DNA from: Piedraia hortae CBS 480.64
Taxonomy: Eukaryota
DNA: 47,779 bases
Reading direction: 5' to 3'
NCBI GenBank assembly: GCA_010093745.1
Contig: MU006035.1
Span: 1-47,779, forward strand
The translations under genes were made by a program, and so were the position numbers. Positions 19,809 to 29,600 of this stretch are shown one piece after another. The stretch's first letter is position 1. The number at the start of each line of letters is the position of its first letter. The notes under the pieces were generated by a model. It was not told the origin of the DNA. It made no database searches and saw only the letters and a list, made by a program, of their open reading frames with translations.

Positions 19809-22710
19809 CCCCCTCCCCCAACCCCAACCAAACCATCCTACACCTAACAGCCTCAGCACGCACATCCCTCTTCTTATCATCCAAACACTTCAACAAATCC
19901 TTCAACACCCTCGGCCTTAGCGGCACCACAACCCCCCTCCCACACTGCACCGGAACCAAACCCAAACACTGCAGCGCATGAATCCTCACTTTCACCGAAT
20001 TCGAAACCGCATTGTTCAACAACCGTCCCACCAGTGAAGCATCATACTCCCTAACCGCATCGGGCGTGAACCGGAGGAGGAAATCAAAGTACGCTAGAGC
20101 GGGGAATTTAGCTCCTTGGTCCTCGACTTCGTCGAGATCCAGGACTTGAAGTAGTGGTGCGGTTAGGGAGGGGGGGAAGTCGGAGGAGTGGGGTTGCCAT
20201 TTTAATAATCCCGAGAGGGCGAGGAGGTAGTTTTGCTTTGCGGTTGGATTGGCCGTGGGGATTTCCTTCTCTAAAAGGGGGAGGGCTTGGTAGAATGTTT
20301 TTTGCTTGTAGAGGGTTGAGACTTTGCAGTGGTTGGATTTGGTTAGGATGGGGTCTTGTGCGAGGAGAGTGGAGAAATTTCGGGCGAATGCTTTGTCGCC
20401 CGTTTGGAGGAGGCTGAGGAGGGCCTCGAGGTATTTGCTTGCTATGGCGCCGCTGCGTCCTTGGACGATCAAGGCTTTGACTACGGCGAAGGCGAGGTCG
20501 ATGTTTGATGGTGAGGGTGGGTTTCCGGAGAGCATGGTGTCCACTTCCAGGCCTGTTTTTCCTAGTGTTTCTTGCATCTCTTTGGGGTTTATGAATTTGT
20601 TTATGCAGAGGGACATGTGCTGGAGAATCGATGGAGTAGATGTCCCCTTCTTACGCACCATTTCTGCTAGGCTTTGCAGCCATCCGCTTGCTTCTGCAGA
20701 GTCGACAATCTCTGGTCGCAGAGCAGCATGGTAATAAAGCATAAAAGGTGCAGCAGATTCGGTGATTGATAGTTTCCCCTTGTATCTTTCGTACACTGTC
20801 TTCTGAAATTGCTCACTCTGCGACCTCAAGGTGATATTAACTATGCGCCCAACCACATCCGGCATTCTGCACTTGCCAGAGATAACATCGACCGTAAGTG
20901 GCTCCGCAAAGTCAGTGAAGTAGCTGCTCTGAAGGGTGTCGTTTTCCTGTGAAGCAAATTCGTATAGCAAAGCAAGCAGCAAGAGCCGTTGATAGCTCAT
21001 AGGAGAGTATGACCGATAGGCTGCCTCATACTTATTTCTTAGTCCAATGATGACGGTAAGAAAGACCTGTTTTTCGGTGCCTATTTGAGCAAGACCTTCC
21101 AAGATTGGCTGCACTTTTGCCGTGTCCGATGGGACGTCGGGGAGTCTCGCCATGAATGCTGGGATAGCTCGCTCGCACACTGTGCGTGGATCAATTTTTG
21201 CGATTTCCTTTAAAGCATCGATTGCTTGAGCACGGAAATCGCCTTCTTCTTCGTCTAATACAGTATCTGTCACCGAGTCTACAGCAGTGGCGGTCTCTTC
21301 ACCAGACAAAAGTCCACGTATGCTGGTGAGATACACTAGTCCGTTCAGCGATATCAGTGGAAGAGACTCATCGGATTTGGACGAATGCAGCAAGTTTCGG
21401 ACCATAATATGAAGCGCCTCGCTGGAGTGGCCTTTTAAGGCTTCCAAGTCCACCGCAGTATTTGAGCCTTGATCGTATGCGGATAGAACTTGATTGAACG
21501 TTCCAAGCAAACCGCACTTGCGCGGTGTGGATTCAGTAGAATTGTAAAGAGTGAAGATTGTAGGAAATATACCCCGGGCAATCTTGTTAGCGACGATTGG
21601 ACTGGAGCTTGCAACAGAATGGAGTATTCTACCAGCAGCCTCGGACTGTTTGGTGGGCGCATCCTCCAGGTAGTGGCCACATTCCTTGATAACTGCCCTC
21701 AAGTAGACATTAACCGAGTCTTCAGAGACCTGTGCTAGCTTCGACGCAAGCAGAAAAAGCGCTTTCAGGGATTCTGTTGCCAGGTCTTCTTCTTGTGCGT
21801 GCAGGACTTCAAACTTGAGAGCATCCCACAGCTTGATCGCGTATAACCTTGTAGCTTCGTGCCCATAAGACTCAATACACGCGGTAATCGTGACCAGCAC
21901 ATCTCTTTTAGTATTAAGGGACGTCGAGTCCAACTTGTCTAGCAGCTGCGGGAAGGCAAACGGAGCGAACAGAGTATTAGCTGTGATGCAATCCCGCAGT
22001 CGTTCTTTCAAGTCTTGGGCGGTGATCTTGTAAGGATCGTCGGGTGGAGGCTTAAAAGTGATGGGAAAGTAATTGAACACAGCTTCAAACAACTCTTGAG
22101 CATGGGCATGTACATCCCATTCCATCATTGGAACCAGGTAAAGAGAGAATATAACCATCAAGTTCCTGGGATCCCTCTCACCATCAAAAAAGGAAACAAA
22201 AGCGCTCATAAAGTTGGGGTCTTGAATGTACATTTGGCGAATCGCACCGCGGTACTTGTTTAATAACATGTTGATTAACTGGACAATGGCAAACCTCTGC
22301 GACTGGTATTTTATTTGTCTCAAAGGGTTGATATTGTCCAGAAAAGTTTTCATCACCCTTTGCGTCAGAGCGCAGTCCCATTTTCCAAGCTTCTCCAAGA
22401 CAAGCAGCGCCTTTGCGGACGAATCGATCCCTTCAACATCACCTTCGATGCGACCAATGAGAAATTCGCATAGGAGATGCCTCTCCTGTCCGCTGAGTAC
22501 TTTTGGTGGTAGAAAGGACAGCACATCTGCTAGATAAGCTAGCGTCTTGCCGCGTCGAGCCGCATCACTTTTATCATTGAGGTAGGGTTCTAGGCTCGTG
22601 ATGAGACTAACCAATTTGAGTTCCTTGGTCTCCAAGAGCTTTGCGTTGTCAGCCGCTATGCGTGCTTTGTCCTTGTCGGCTTCTAGAAGGTAGAGCTGGA
22701 TCCCAGACAT
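19801..22710 (-). CDS. MMS19: MMS19/Met18 cytosolic Fe-S assembly targeting factor (HEAT repeats)
   Basis: Motifs DGERDPRNLMVIF, VFNYFPITFKPPPDDPYKIT and LWDALKFEV, and C-terminal LDDKKRDVRAEAVRCRMVW. First ATG at 22710 (MSGIQLYL). Confidence 0.93.
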   Translation of the reverse strand: MSGIQLYLLEADKDKARIAADNAKLLETKELKLVSLITSLEPYLNDKSDAARRGKTLAYLADVLSFLPPKVLSGQERHLLCEFLIGRIEGDVEGIDSSAKALLVLEKLGKWDCALTQRVMKTFLDNINPLRQIKYQSQRFAIVQLINMLLNKYRGAIRQMYIQDPNFMSAFVSFFDGERDPRNLMVIFSLYLVPMMEWDVHAHAQELFEAVFNYFPITFKPPPDDPYKITAQDLKERLRDCITANTLFAPFAFPQLLDKLDSTSLNTKRDVLVTITACIESYGHEATRLYAIKLWDALKFEVLHAQEEDLATESLKALFLLASKLAQVSEDSVNVYLRAVIKECGHYLEDAPTKQSEAAGRILHSVASSSPIVANKIARGIFPTIFTLYNSTESTPRKCGLLGTFNQVLSAYDQGSNTAVDLEALKGHSSEALHIMVRNLLHSSKSDESLPLISLNGLVYLTSIRGLLSGEETATAVDSVTDTVLDEEEGDFRAQAIDALKEIAKIDPRTVCERAIPAFMARLPDVPSDTAKVQPILEGLAQIGTEKQVFLTVIIGLRNKYEAAYRSYSPMSYQRLLLLALLYEFASQENDTLQSSYFTDFAEPLTVDVISGKCRMPDVVGRIVNITLRSQSEQFQKTVYERYKGKLSITESAAPFMLYYHAALRPEIVDSAEASGWLQSLAEMVRKKGTSTPSILQHMSLCINKFINPKEMQETLGKTGLEVDTMLSGNPPSPSNIDLAFAVVKALIVQGRSGAIASKYLEALLSLLQTGDKAFARNFSTLLAQDPILTKSNHCKVSTLYKQKTFYQALPLLEKEIPTANPTAKQNYLLALSGLLKWQPHSSDFPPSLTAPLLQVLDLDEVEDQGAKFPALAYFDFLLRFTPDAVREYDASLVGRLLNNAVSNSVKVRIHALQCLGLVPVQCGRGVVVPLRPRVLKDLLKCLDDKKRDVRAEAVRCRMVWLGLGEGDE

Positions 22711-22832
22711 CTTATGTGGGTTCCGAGAATTGATCGCCTTCGGCTTGTCATGTCGGTGACAGCGGCGCGGCCCGACCCTAGCAGCTCGCACAAAGCCTGC
22801 GCCCACCAAATTCTACTCGGTCATTGTGCGAC

Positions 22833-23863
22833 ATGTCAAACAGTTCTTGCAAAGTAGTACTTGCAAGCACAATAGCAAAAAGCTTGCTACCAGAAATTCA
22901 GTCTGAGATCAAAGGTCTCACCGAAAATCCCAAACTTCATGGCTATCTAGCGAATGACGATCCCGGAGCTCGCATGTATGCAGACTGGACCGGAAAAACT
23001 TGCAAAGAAAAGTTAGCAATACTAACATGTATCTGACCCAATCAAGACTAATACGAAAACAGCGGCATCGACTTTGTATTGCACCGTGTCGATCGGGAAG
23101 ATCTAGAAAATGAAATTGAGAATGCAAATGCTGATAAAAATGTGGACGGCATAATCGTTTACTACCCTGTTTTCGATTCTCGGCGTGATCAAACCATTCA
23201 GTGGGCGGTCAGCATGTACAAGGACGTTGAGGGTCTATCACCCCAGCTGATCAGTAACATGTACCAAAATGTCAGGTTTTTAGACCCACCAGCGAATACT
23301 CGAAAGTCAATCCTGCCATGTACACCGCTGGCCATTATCAAGATTTTGGAACATCTGCACATTTACAACACCATACTTGATTATGGACGACGACTGTTTG
23401 GAAGGAGAATTACCGTCATCAATCGTAGCGAAGTTGTTGGTAGACCTTTGGCTGCACTTTTGGCCAACGATGGCGCTGAAGTATACAGCGTCGATATAAC
23501 TGGTGTTCAAAAGTTTAGTCGTGGGAGCGGCCTTCGGAAGCAAAAACATGACGTGGAAGAAATGCAGGGCTGGAATCTCGAAAAGTGCCTCCCTATCAGT
23601 GATGTCGTGATAAGCGGCGTACCCGGTGAATCTTTCAAGGTACAGACAAAATTCTTACGTGAAGGGGCGGTATGCATCAATTTCTCAACTGACAAGGTAT
23701 GTCTTACCTTACCTTGTAAACCAATCTGACGAGTCTGCAGAACTTTGACCCTGATGTCAAAGACAAGGCATCCATCTATGTCCCAGCAATTGGTAAAGTT
23801 ACTATCATCATCTTAATGCGAAACTTGATTCGCATTATAAAAAATCGCGCAAGTGTAGATTAG
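22833..23863 (+). CDS. MTD1: NAD-dependent methylenetetrahydrofolate dehydrogenase
   Basis: Exons 22833-23011, 23063-23696 and 23741-23863. Motifs VDGIIVYYPVF, KDVEGL, ILPCTPLAIIKIL, VINRSEVVGRPLAALLANDGA and YVPAIGKVTI. Confidence 0.93.
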
Positions 23864-24125
23864 GCGAATGCAAACTTATCCGAATCTGGTTGATGAAAAT
23901 AAAAGCCGAGCCTATCAAGATATACAGGGGAGAAAACGAGGTAGATACCATCTATAGATGGTAAACCTGAGACAAAGCTATGATCTGGGACCCTTCATGG
24001 ATCCACTTAGACACACAAGTCTACAGCTGAAGTCAAGATGGATTGATGGACACATAATTGGGTTGACAATTCCTCTTACAATAGGTCTAAGCTGGGATAT
24101 AAGGATATATGAACAGCTGGACCCT

Positions 24126-26586
24126 TCACCCGTTCAACTCAACATAGTTGGCCGGGAAGAGGCCACTGTGCCCACCATAGTGGCCAAACCACCAATCCTC
24201 ATCAGGGAATTCCTGCGGTCTGTCAGCATACTGTTTGGAGTTGGATGAAAATACTCACAATGTCAGTAATCGTGGCACCGTCAGGGAAACTGAGTTCGTT
24301 ATCTTCTGCGGCCTCATAATCGTATTGCGCCGTGGCAGTCTTACCGCCGGCAGCTGGTTGCGAGACAGCTGCAGGCAGTGAGGGTGGATGTGCGTGGGAG
24401 GCGGCTGGAGCAGCAGCCGGGGGAGCAGCCGGGGCAGAGGAGGTTGCTTGGACCAACTCAACATAGTTGCTCGGGAAAAGTCCAACCTCCCCTCGGGGGT
24501 TCTGTCCCATCCACCAGTCTTCGTCAACCATGTCAATGTTAGTAATACGGTCCCCTTCACGTAGCTCCAGCTCATTATCCTCTGCTTTCTCGTAATCGTA
24601 TTGTGCAATCGCTTCATGGGCTCCCGACGCTCCACGAGGATCTTCGACATGACCAAACGTACTGGCAGCAGCAGCCTGAGCGGCGCCCCGAGCAGGGTTT
24701 TCCTCTTGAACTTGCGCCTCTCGCTCTGGCTCCTTGTGCTGGCTGATTACTTTTTCCAAAGAATCTGTAGGCACAGACTGGGCCGGCATCTCTTCAGCTT
24801 TCTCCAAGGTCGGATCTACACCGCGTGCAACGGGCATAGCGATGCGAACGGGAGATCCCGTCGCAAGCTCTTCCTGATCACTCTCTTCAGGCTCATCTTT
24901 CGGCACTGGAAGGGGAGGGGGCGGGGGTAAATCCTGGTGCTCTTCAGCAGGCACACTGGGCTGCTGATGTCTCGACGGCAGCCCAGGCATTGGCACACCA
25001 CCCGCGCCCGCATTTGGTTTGCTTGAGGTATCAAGCGGCGGGGGCGATGGGCTGCCCGGAGCTCCCATGGGTGCAGCGCCATTGAATCGATCGCGTATTG
25101 AACTGACGCCGCCGGCTGCCGGCTGAGCCTCCCGGTCAGGCGAGGAGGGCTCGTGTTCAACCTTCGGGGAGCCACCGCTACTGCCCCCTGTTCGCGTGGG
25201 CATTTGCACACTCCACTTCTTACCACCATATCCGCTCTGCCATCCACCGCTTGTCTGGGGCTGCACGGGCGAGGCAGGCTTGGGCTGGTGCGAGTCCCCG
25301 GCCCCGCTCAAACCCCGAGCTCGCTTTTTCTCCTCCCACAGCTGTGCCGGCGTCTTGCCGCCCTCGTCGGCAAAGGTCCGACTGGCAACGCCTACAGGAG
25401 CAGAGGGCACAACAGGCTTGGCATCAAACCCGCCTGGTGTCGGAGCTTTGGTGCCAGTAAAGCTGGACTGCCCAAAGCGATTGGCAATCTGTGGCTTGGG
25501 TAGCGAGGTCAGACGATGGCCCGAAGGCTGCTGGAACGCAGATGAACGATCTGCCAAAGACATTCGTGGCCCATCCTGGTCAGCGGTGGGTTGGGATGAC
25601 GTCGGCATCGGAGCATTTTGGGCTTTCCGTCGAATGGCTTCGATGTCGACCTTCCCCACGGGCTCATATGCGCCCTTGACAACCGTAGGTCGGTCATCCT
25701 TGACTGTGCCCTGCTCCTGGGCTTGCCTCCGAAGGGCCGCAATGTCGACCTTACCAACAGGTTGGTAGCCTCCCTTGACGACGTCTGGATTACTGGAGCC
25801 TGTGCTTTCCGCCGCCTTATTGCCTGGACGCTGCGAAGAGGCCGGGGCCTGAGACCGCAAGGCGCCAATGTCTACCTTGGTAGGCTGGTAGGACGAATGC
25901 ACCTTCTCTAACTGCGAGCGCGTCACTGGTGGTGCGTCGTCGCCCCATCCGTCGGCATCTGTCGGTCCAGATGGTGCAGCCTGTCGCGAGCGTGAGCCCA
26001 ACGGTTGGAAGCCAGCGCCAAAGCTTTTGGTCGGCATCACCGGCTTGGACGCCACGGGGGGCGGTGGCTTGGATGATGCGGCCAACGTTCCGCCTCCGCT
26101 GTACTTGGATCCGGAGCTATCGGCGACCTTTTGTACGATCAGCTCCGGGCTCAGGTCCCGGTCCGACCTGGCAGTCACCTGCACGTGGTAACCATGCAAG
26201 ATCTTGGAAACGGCATTGAGGTGGCTGGTAAAGTATCCCTTGGTTCGTTCTGGCACGCCCTCGCCGCACCACGCAATGAGGACGCTCTTAGGCAGGCTCG
26301 TGTTGGGGTCTTTGACCTTGGCGAACGCGAATTGGATCCGTCCATCGGAGAACTCCTCTATAAGATCGACAAGCTCGCCCTCACCCGTCGTCTGTACTTT
26401 CAGAACGCTCTCTTTGCCCGTGTCCTGCTGAAAGGCGCTGACAAGCGGCGCTTGCACGGTAAATAAAGCCCATTGGCCATAAGTTGGAGATGACGCCGCA
26501 GGGCCCGACGGAGCAGGGGCCTGTACGATCTTCTGATAGCTGGCAGTAATCGATGGCCCGTTGGAAGAAGTATTTAGAGTAGCCAT
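24126..26586 (-). CDS. ABP1: Actin-binding protein Abp1/drebrin-like (ADF-H plus two SH3 domains)
   Basis: ADF-H domain (GELVDLIEEFSDGRIQFAF..IAWCGEGVPE) and SH3 (AQYDYEKAEDNEL..GLFPSNYV). Intron 24213-24258 completes the second SH3 (EFPDEDWWFG..GLFPANYVELNG*). Confidence 0.92.
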
Positions 26587-26814
26587 GGCGGTGGAGGCAA
26601 GCGCGCCGAGATGGGTGCTGTCCTTTGGGCCGTGTGCGCCACAAATCCAGGCTCAGTGCCAAAAATCACAGTCTCAGGTCGCGACTTTTGCCCCGTGCCT
26701 GCCCCACCGCGCCAAGACAATCTGTCACCTTTTTCTCCGACTACCGCTCAACCTCTGCGCCGAATTCCTCAACCGCACTTCGAAAGAACAAGGTATGCTA
26801 CTCCTGTTCCCTTC

Positions 26815-26921
26815 TCTCTATGATGTTATAATTTGCGTGTGATGGCCGTTAACCGGAGATTCACGCCTGTTTCTCATACGGCGCGGTCGATGTGATCTTT
26901 ACTTCTTACATATTCTGAGAT
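26815..26921 (+). ncRNA. Box C/D snoRNA, snR87/U16-like (18S Am436) with a second LSU guide
   Basis: Box C ATGATGT 26820. Guide TAATTTGCGT 26829-26838 plus D' GTGA pairs with 18S GCGCAAAUUA. Guide ACTTCTTACATATT 26901-26914 plus box D CTGA 26915 pairs with LSU AAUAUGUAAGAAGU. rRNA sequences recalled from yeast. Confidence 0.8.
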
Positions 26922-27050
26922 GCTGCTCATCATGCCGCAATGCAATCCAGTACTGATGTTGACTCGGAACAGTTTTTAGGAGATAACTGGCGGGCTTCGG
27001 TAGGTTTCTGCCAGACACTTGAAAGGTATGCATTCTCTCTTACTCCCATC

Positions 27051-27133
27051 TGTTCATGATGCAAAACAAATGCACTAGATAGTACCTGATCTGTTGACAT
27101 GACGCCTATCAATCACCAAGATCACTGAGAACA
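27051..27133 (+). ncRNA. Box C/D snoRNA, U24-like D guide (25S Cm1437) plus snR65-like D' guide (25S Um2347)
   Basis: Terminal stem TGTTC/GAACA; box C ATGATGC 27056; CTAGATAGTA plus D' CTGA 27086; C' ATGACG; TCACCAAGATC plus D CTGA 27125. The +5 rule lands on the U of UACUAUCUAG and the C of GAUCUUGGUG. Confidence 0.85.
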
Positions 27134-27431
27134 CACTGCCCTCCAGCTCACCGGCAATCTAAAGTGCGTGGCTAACATGAGTTATACAGGATTACCTTCG
27201 AGCACGCGGTCAAAGCCAAATGCAGGCCTCTGGTTTGCTTCTGTACGATTATACAGGTTTCTATCAAATCAAGTAACTTACATGCATTCTATCTACGGTA
27301 CTTCTCATCTATCAACCAAGCAAACACGTGGGTATCTTGCGACGACGTTCAGCTCGCCTAAAAAAAGCGCCGGATGGAACCGGGGTCGACATGACAATTT
27401 ATTGATATGTAAACTCAATTGGACGGCTCCG

Positions 27432-27461
27432 GAGAATGCACTACCGAGAATGCACTACCGA
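27432..27461. repeat. Perfect 14-bp tandem duplication
   Basis: gagaatgcactacc gagaatgcactacc ga. Confidence 0.8.
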
Positions 27462-27934
27462 AGCTGGATCGTGTCACCGGCATTTTGGATAAGACACATG
27501 TGCCTGAGCGCGGCAATGCCTCCACCTACGTTCCTGTCCCGTGTTCGGCCTCGCGTGCCGACCCGTGATCCTTGCAACGACCTCACTCCGGCTCAGCTAT
27601 GCACGAGCTCTCATGTACACATACGCAGGTATCCGAGACTTGTGCCAAGTCCAGCAATACGCATCCTCAGCCCCATCAAACCTTGGTGCAATTTATATCA
27701 CCGACGCTGTCGCAGACATAGTCTCACAATGGATGTCCAAACAAAAGGTATTCGCCTGCACTCGGACAAGCTTGTTTGCCTCACCTATCCTTTATCTCAC
27801 TGGCTAGCAGTTCCCTGTAACATAACATGCCTGTATTTCTATAAACGTCTGTATTCTCTCGTTTCTTTGTCCTCTTGCCTGCAATTTTGTCCAAGAGTAA
27901 ACTACAGCGTTACTCATCAGAGTCCAGTCGTTGG

Positions 27935-29315
27935 ATGGCAGAGATGGATGGTAATAGTGGCTGTCGCCTCAATACGCCTGGCGGCATTACCATTGAAGCA
28001 CAACCACGCAACCCTTTCCACTCTCCATACGACTCCATGCCGGCTTCGGGTGCAGCTTCAACGTCGGGATTTCAGAGTGTTCAGGGACATGGTCACTTCA
28101 AGTCTCGTCGTGTGAAGAAAAGTGAAACGGAAAGGCCATGGCTTAACAAAAAAATATCCAAGGGAGAAGTGGGTGACCATCATACCACTCATTAGGTTAG
28201 CCATTGGGTTAGCCATCACCGGGTTTCTCGTTCACCAAGGGTTGTCGGCCGTCAATCACTCACAGCACTGCCTCATTCTGGATGACGATTGCTCCCGTGG
28301 CTTTGACCATAATATTTGGACAAAACCAGTCGAAGTTGGTGGATTTGGGTGAGTTCTAACTTCTTTAAAGCCGAACAACTGGCTAACGTAACAGGAACGG
28401 CCAGTTTGAGTGGACACCGACACCGACGAGAATGTCTTTGTCCAGGATCGCATGCTTGTCATTAAGCCCACGCTCCAGGATGCAAATCTGATGGAGCAAT
28501 ACAACATGATTAATCTTCTGAACAAAGGCTGCTACTCCAACAACTGATCTCACTGTGTGGCCGTTACCAACACCACCAATGGGACCGTTGTTAACCCGGT
28601 CAAGTCTGGACGTGTTATATCCAAAACGTATGGGTCTTCGAAAGGCGCCTCGATCAAGTACCGGCATATCGAGTTGAAGCCAAGCTCCCGGATGGCGACG
28701 GGCTATGGCCCGCGATCTGGATGCTCCCGGTGAAGGATACTTATGGCCCATGACCGGCTTCGGGGGAGATCGACATCCTAGAGGCACGTGGCAACAACTA
28801 CACGTACCCACAGGACGGCAATAACATGGCATCGTCCACGCTGCATTGGGACCCTAATGCGTTGATTGATGCTTAGTGGCAGAACAATGTCAAATGGGGT
28901 CGTTGCATACCACCTATTCAGCCAAGTTCCACGAATTCGGACTCGAATGGAATGAGAAATATCTCTTTACGTACATTGATACCAGACTCTTGAATGTCAT
29001 GTATGTGAACTTTGATAAACTGATCTGGCAGAAAGGCAATTTTTCCCTTCTGATGCGAATGGGACACAGCTGGTGGACCCATGAAGTCAAACGGGCAAGT
29101 TCAGTACGTCGTTCGATCAAGACTTTTTCCTTATTATTAATGTTGCTGTTGATGGCACCAATGGCTGGTTTGAGGATGGGTCCAAAGGCAAGCCATGGGT
29201 TGACATATCAACCACTGCGAAGCGTGACTTCTGGCGAGCAAGAGGCCAATGGTACTAGACCTGGCAAAAGAATGGACATATGACGATTAAAAGTGTAAAA
29301 ACATGGCAGCACTGG
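27935..29315 (+). pseudogene. Decayed membrane-anchored GH16 beta-1,3-glucanase/glucan-binding (GNBP/CCF-like) gene
   Basis: Fragments HFKSRRVKK..ERPWL, REKWVTIIPLI, VEVGGFG|NGQFEW (intron 28349-28394), WPAIWMLP, GEIDILEARGN, FHEFGLEW and FDQDFFLIINVAV. Stops at 28545, 28751, 28874, 29082 and 29256, plus about five frameshifts. Confidence 0.9.
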
Positions 29316-29600
29316 GTCAGCAAGGGCGATGCTATTGTCATAAAAATTTGGAATAGAATAGAACACCGTGTAAAAGTTGAAGGGTCTTGTTGCCGATATC
29401 CTATTGCGGGCTGGAGACACTATCATGACCTCGAGCCCTATTTGTGCAATATACTCATGTCTTCATTACTCTTGAACCTGTTCAAAGCCGCGGAACGTTT
29501 CCGCACTCGGGAACCAGTAGCGGTAACGGGAACGGGTCGTGCCGTTCCGAATACAAAGACGGGCCATTGTTGACCACAGAACTTGCAAGTTACAGCAATC

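Larger units (their letters stand above)
26730..27300 (+). ncRNA. Non-coding spliced snoRNA host transcript, divergent from ABP1 (ends approximate)
   Basis: Intron 26793-26972 (GTATGC..CAG) and intron 27000 or 27026 to 27189 (GTAGGT or GTATGC..GCTAAC..CAG). Both are 3-4 times the local intron size and each holds one C/D snoRNA. The exons are short with no credible ORF. Confidence 0.75.

Noticed and set aside
27168..28115. 315-aa ORF on +
   Set aside because: Starts inside the snoRNA host intron, has no recognisable motif, and runs out of frame over the GH16 pseudogene promoter and 5' end. Likely a chance ORF, though not formally excluded.
28545..29258. Stop readthrough, TGA=Trp recoding or A-to-I rescue of the GH16 gene
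   Set aside because: Multiple frameshifts coexist with the stops, and neighbouring genes use TGA as a normal stop.
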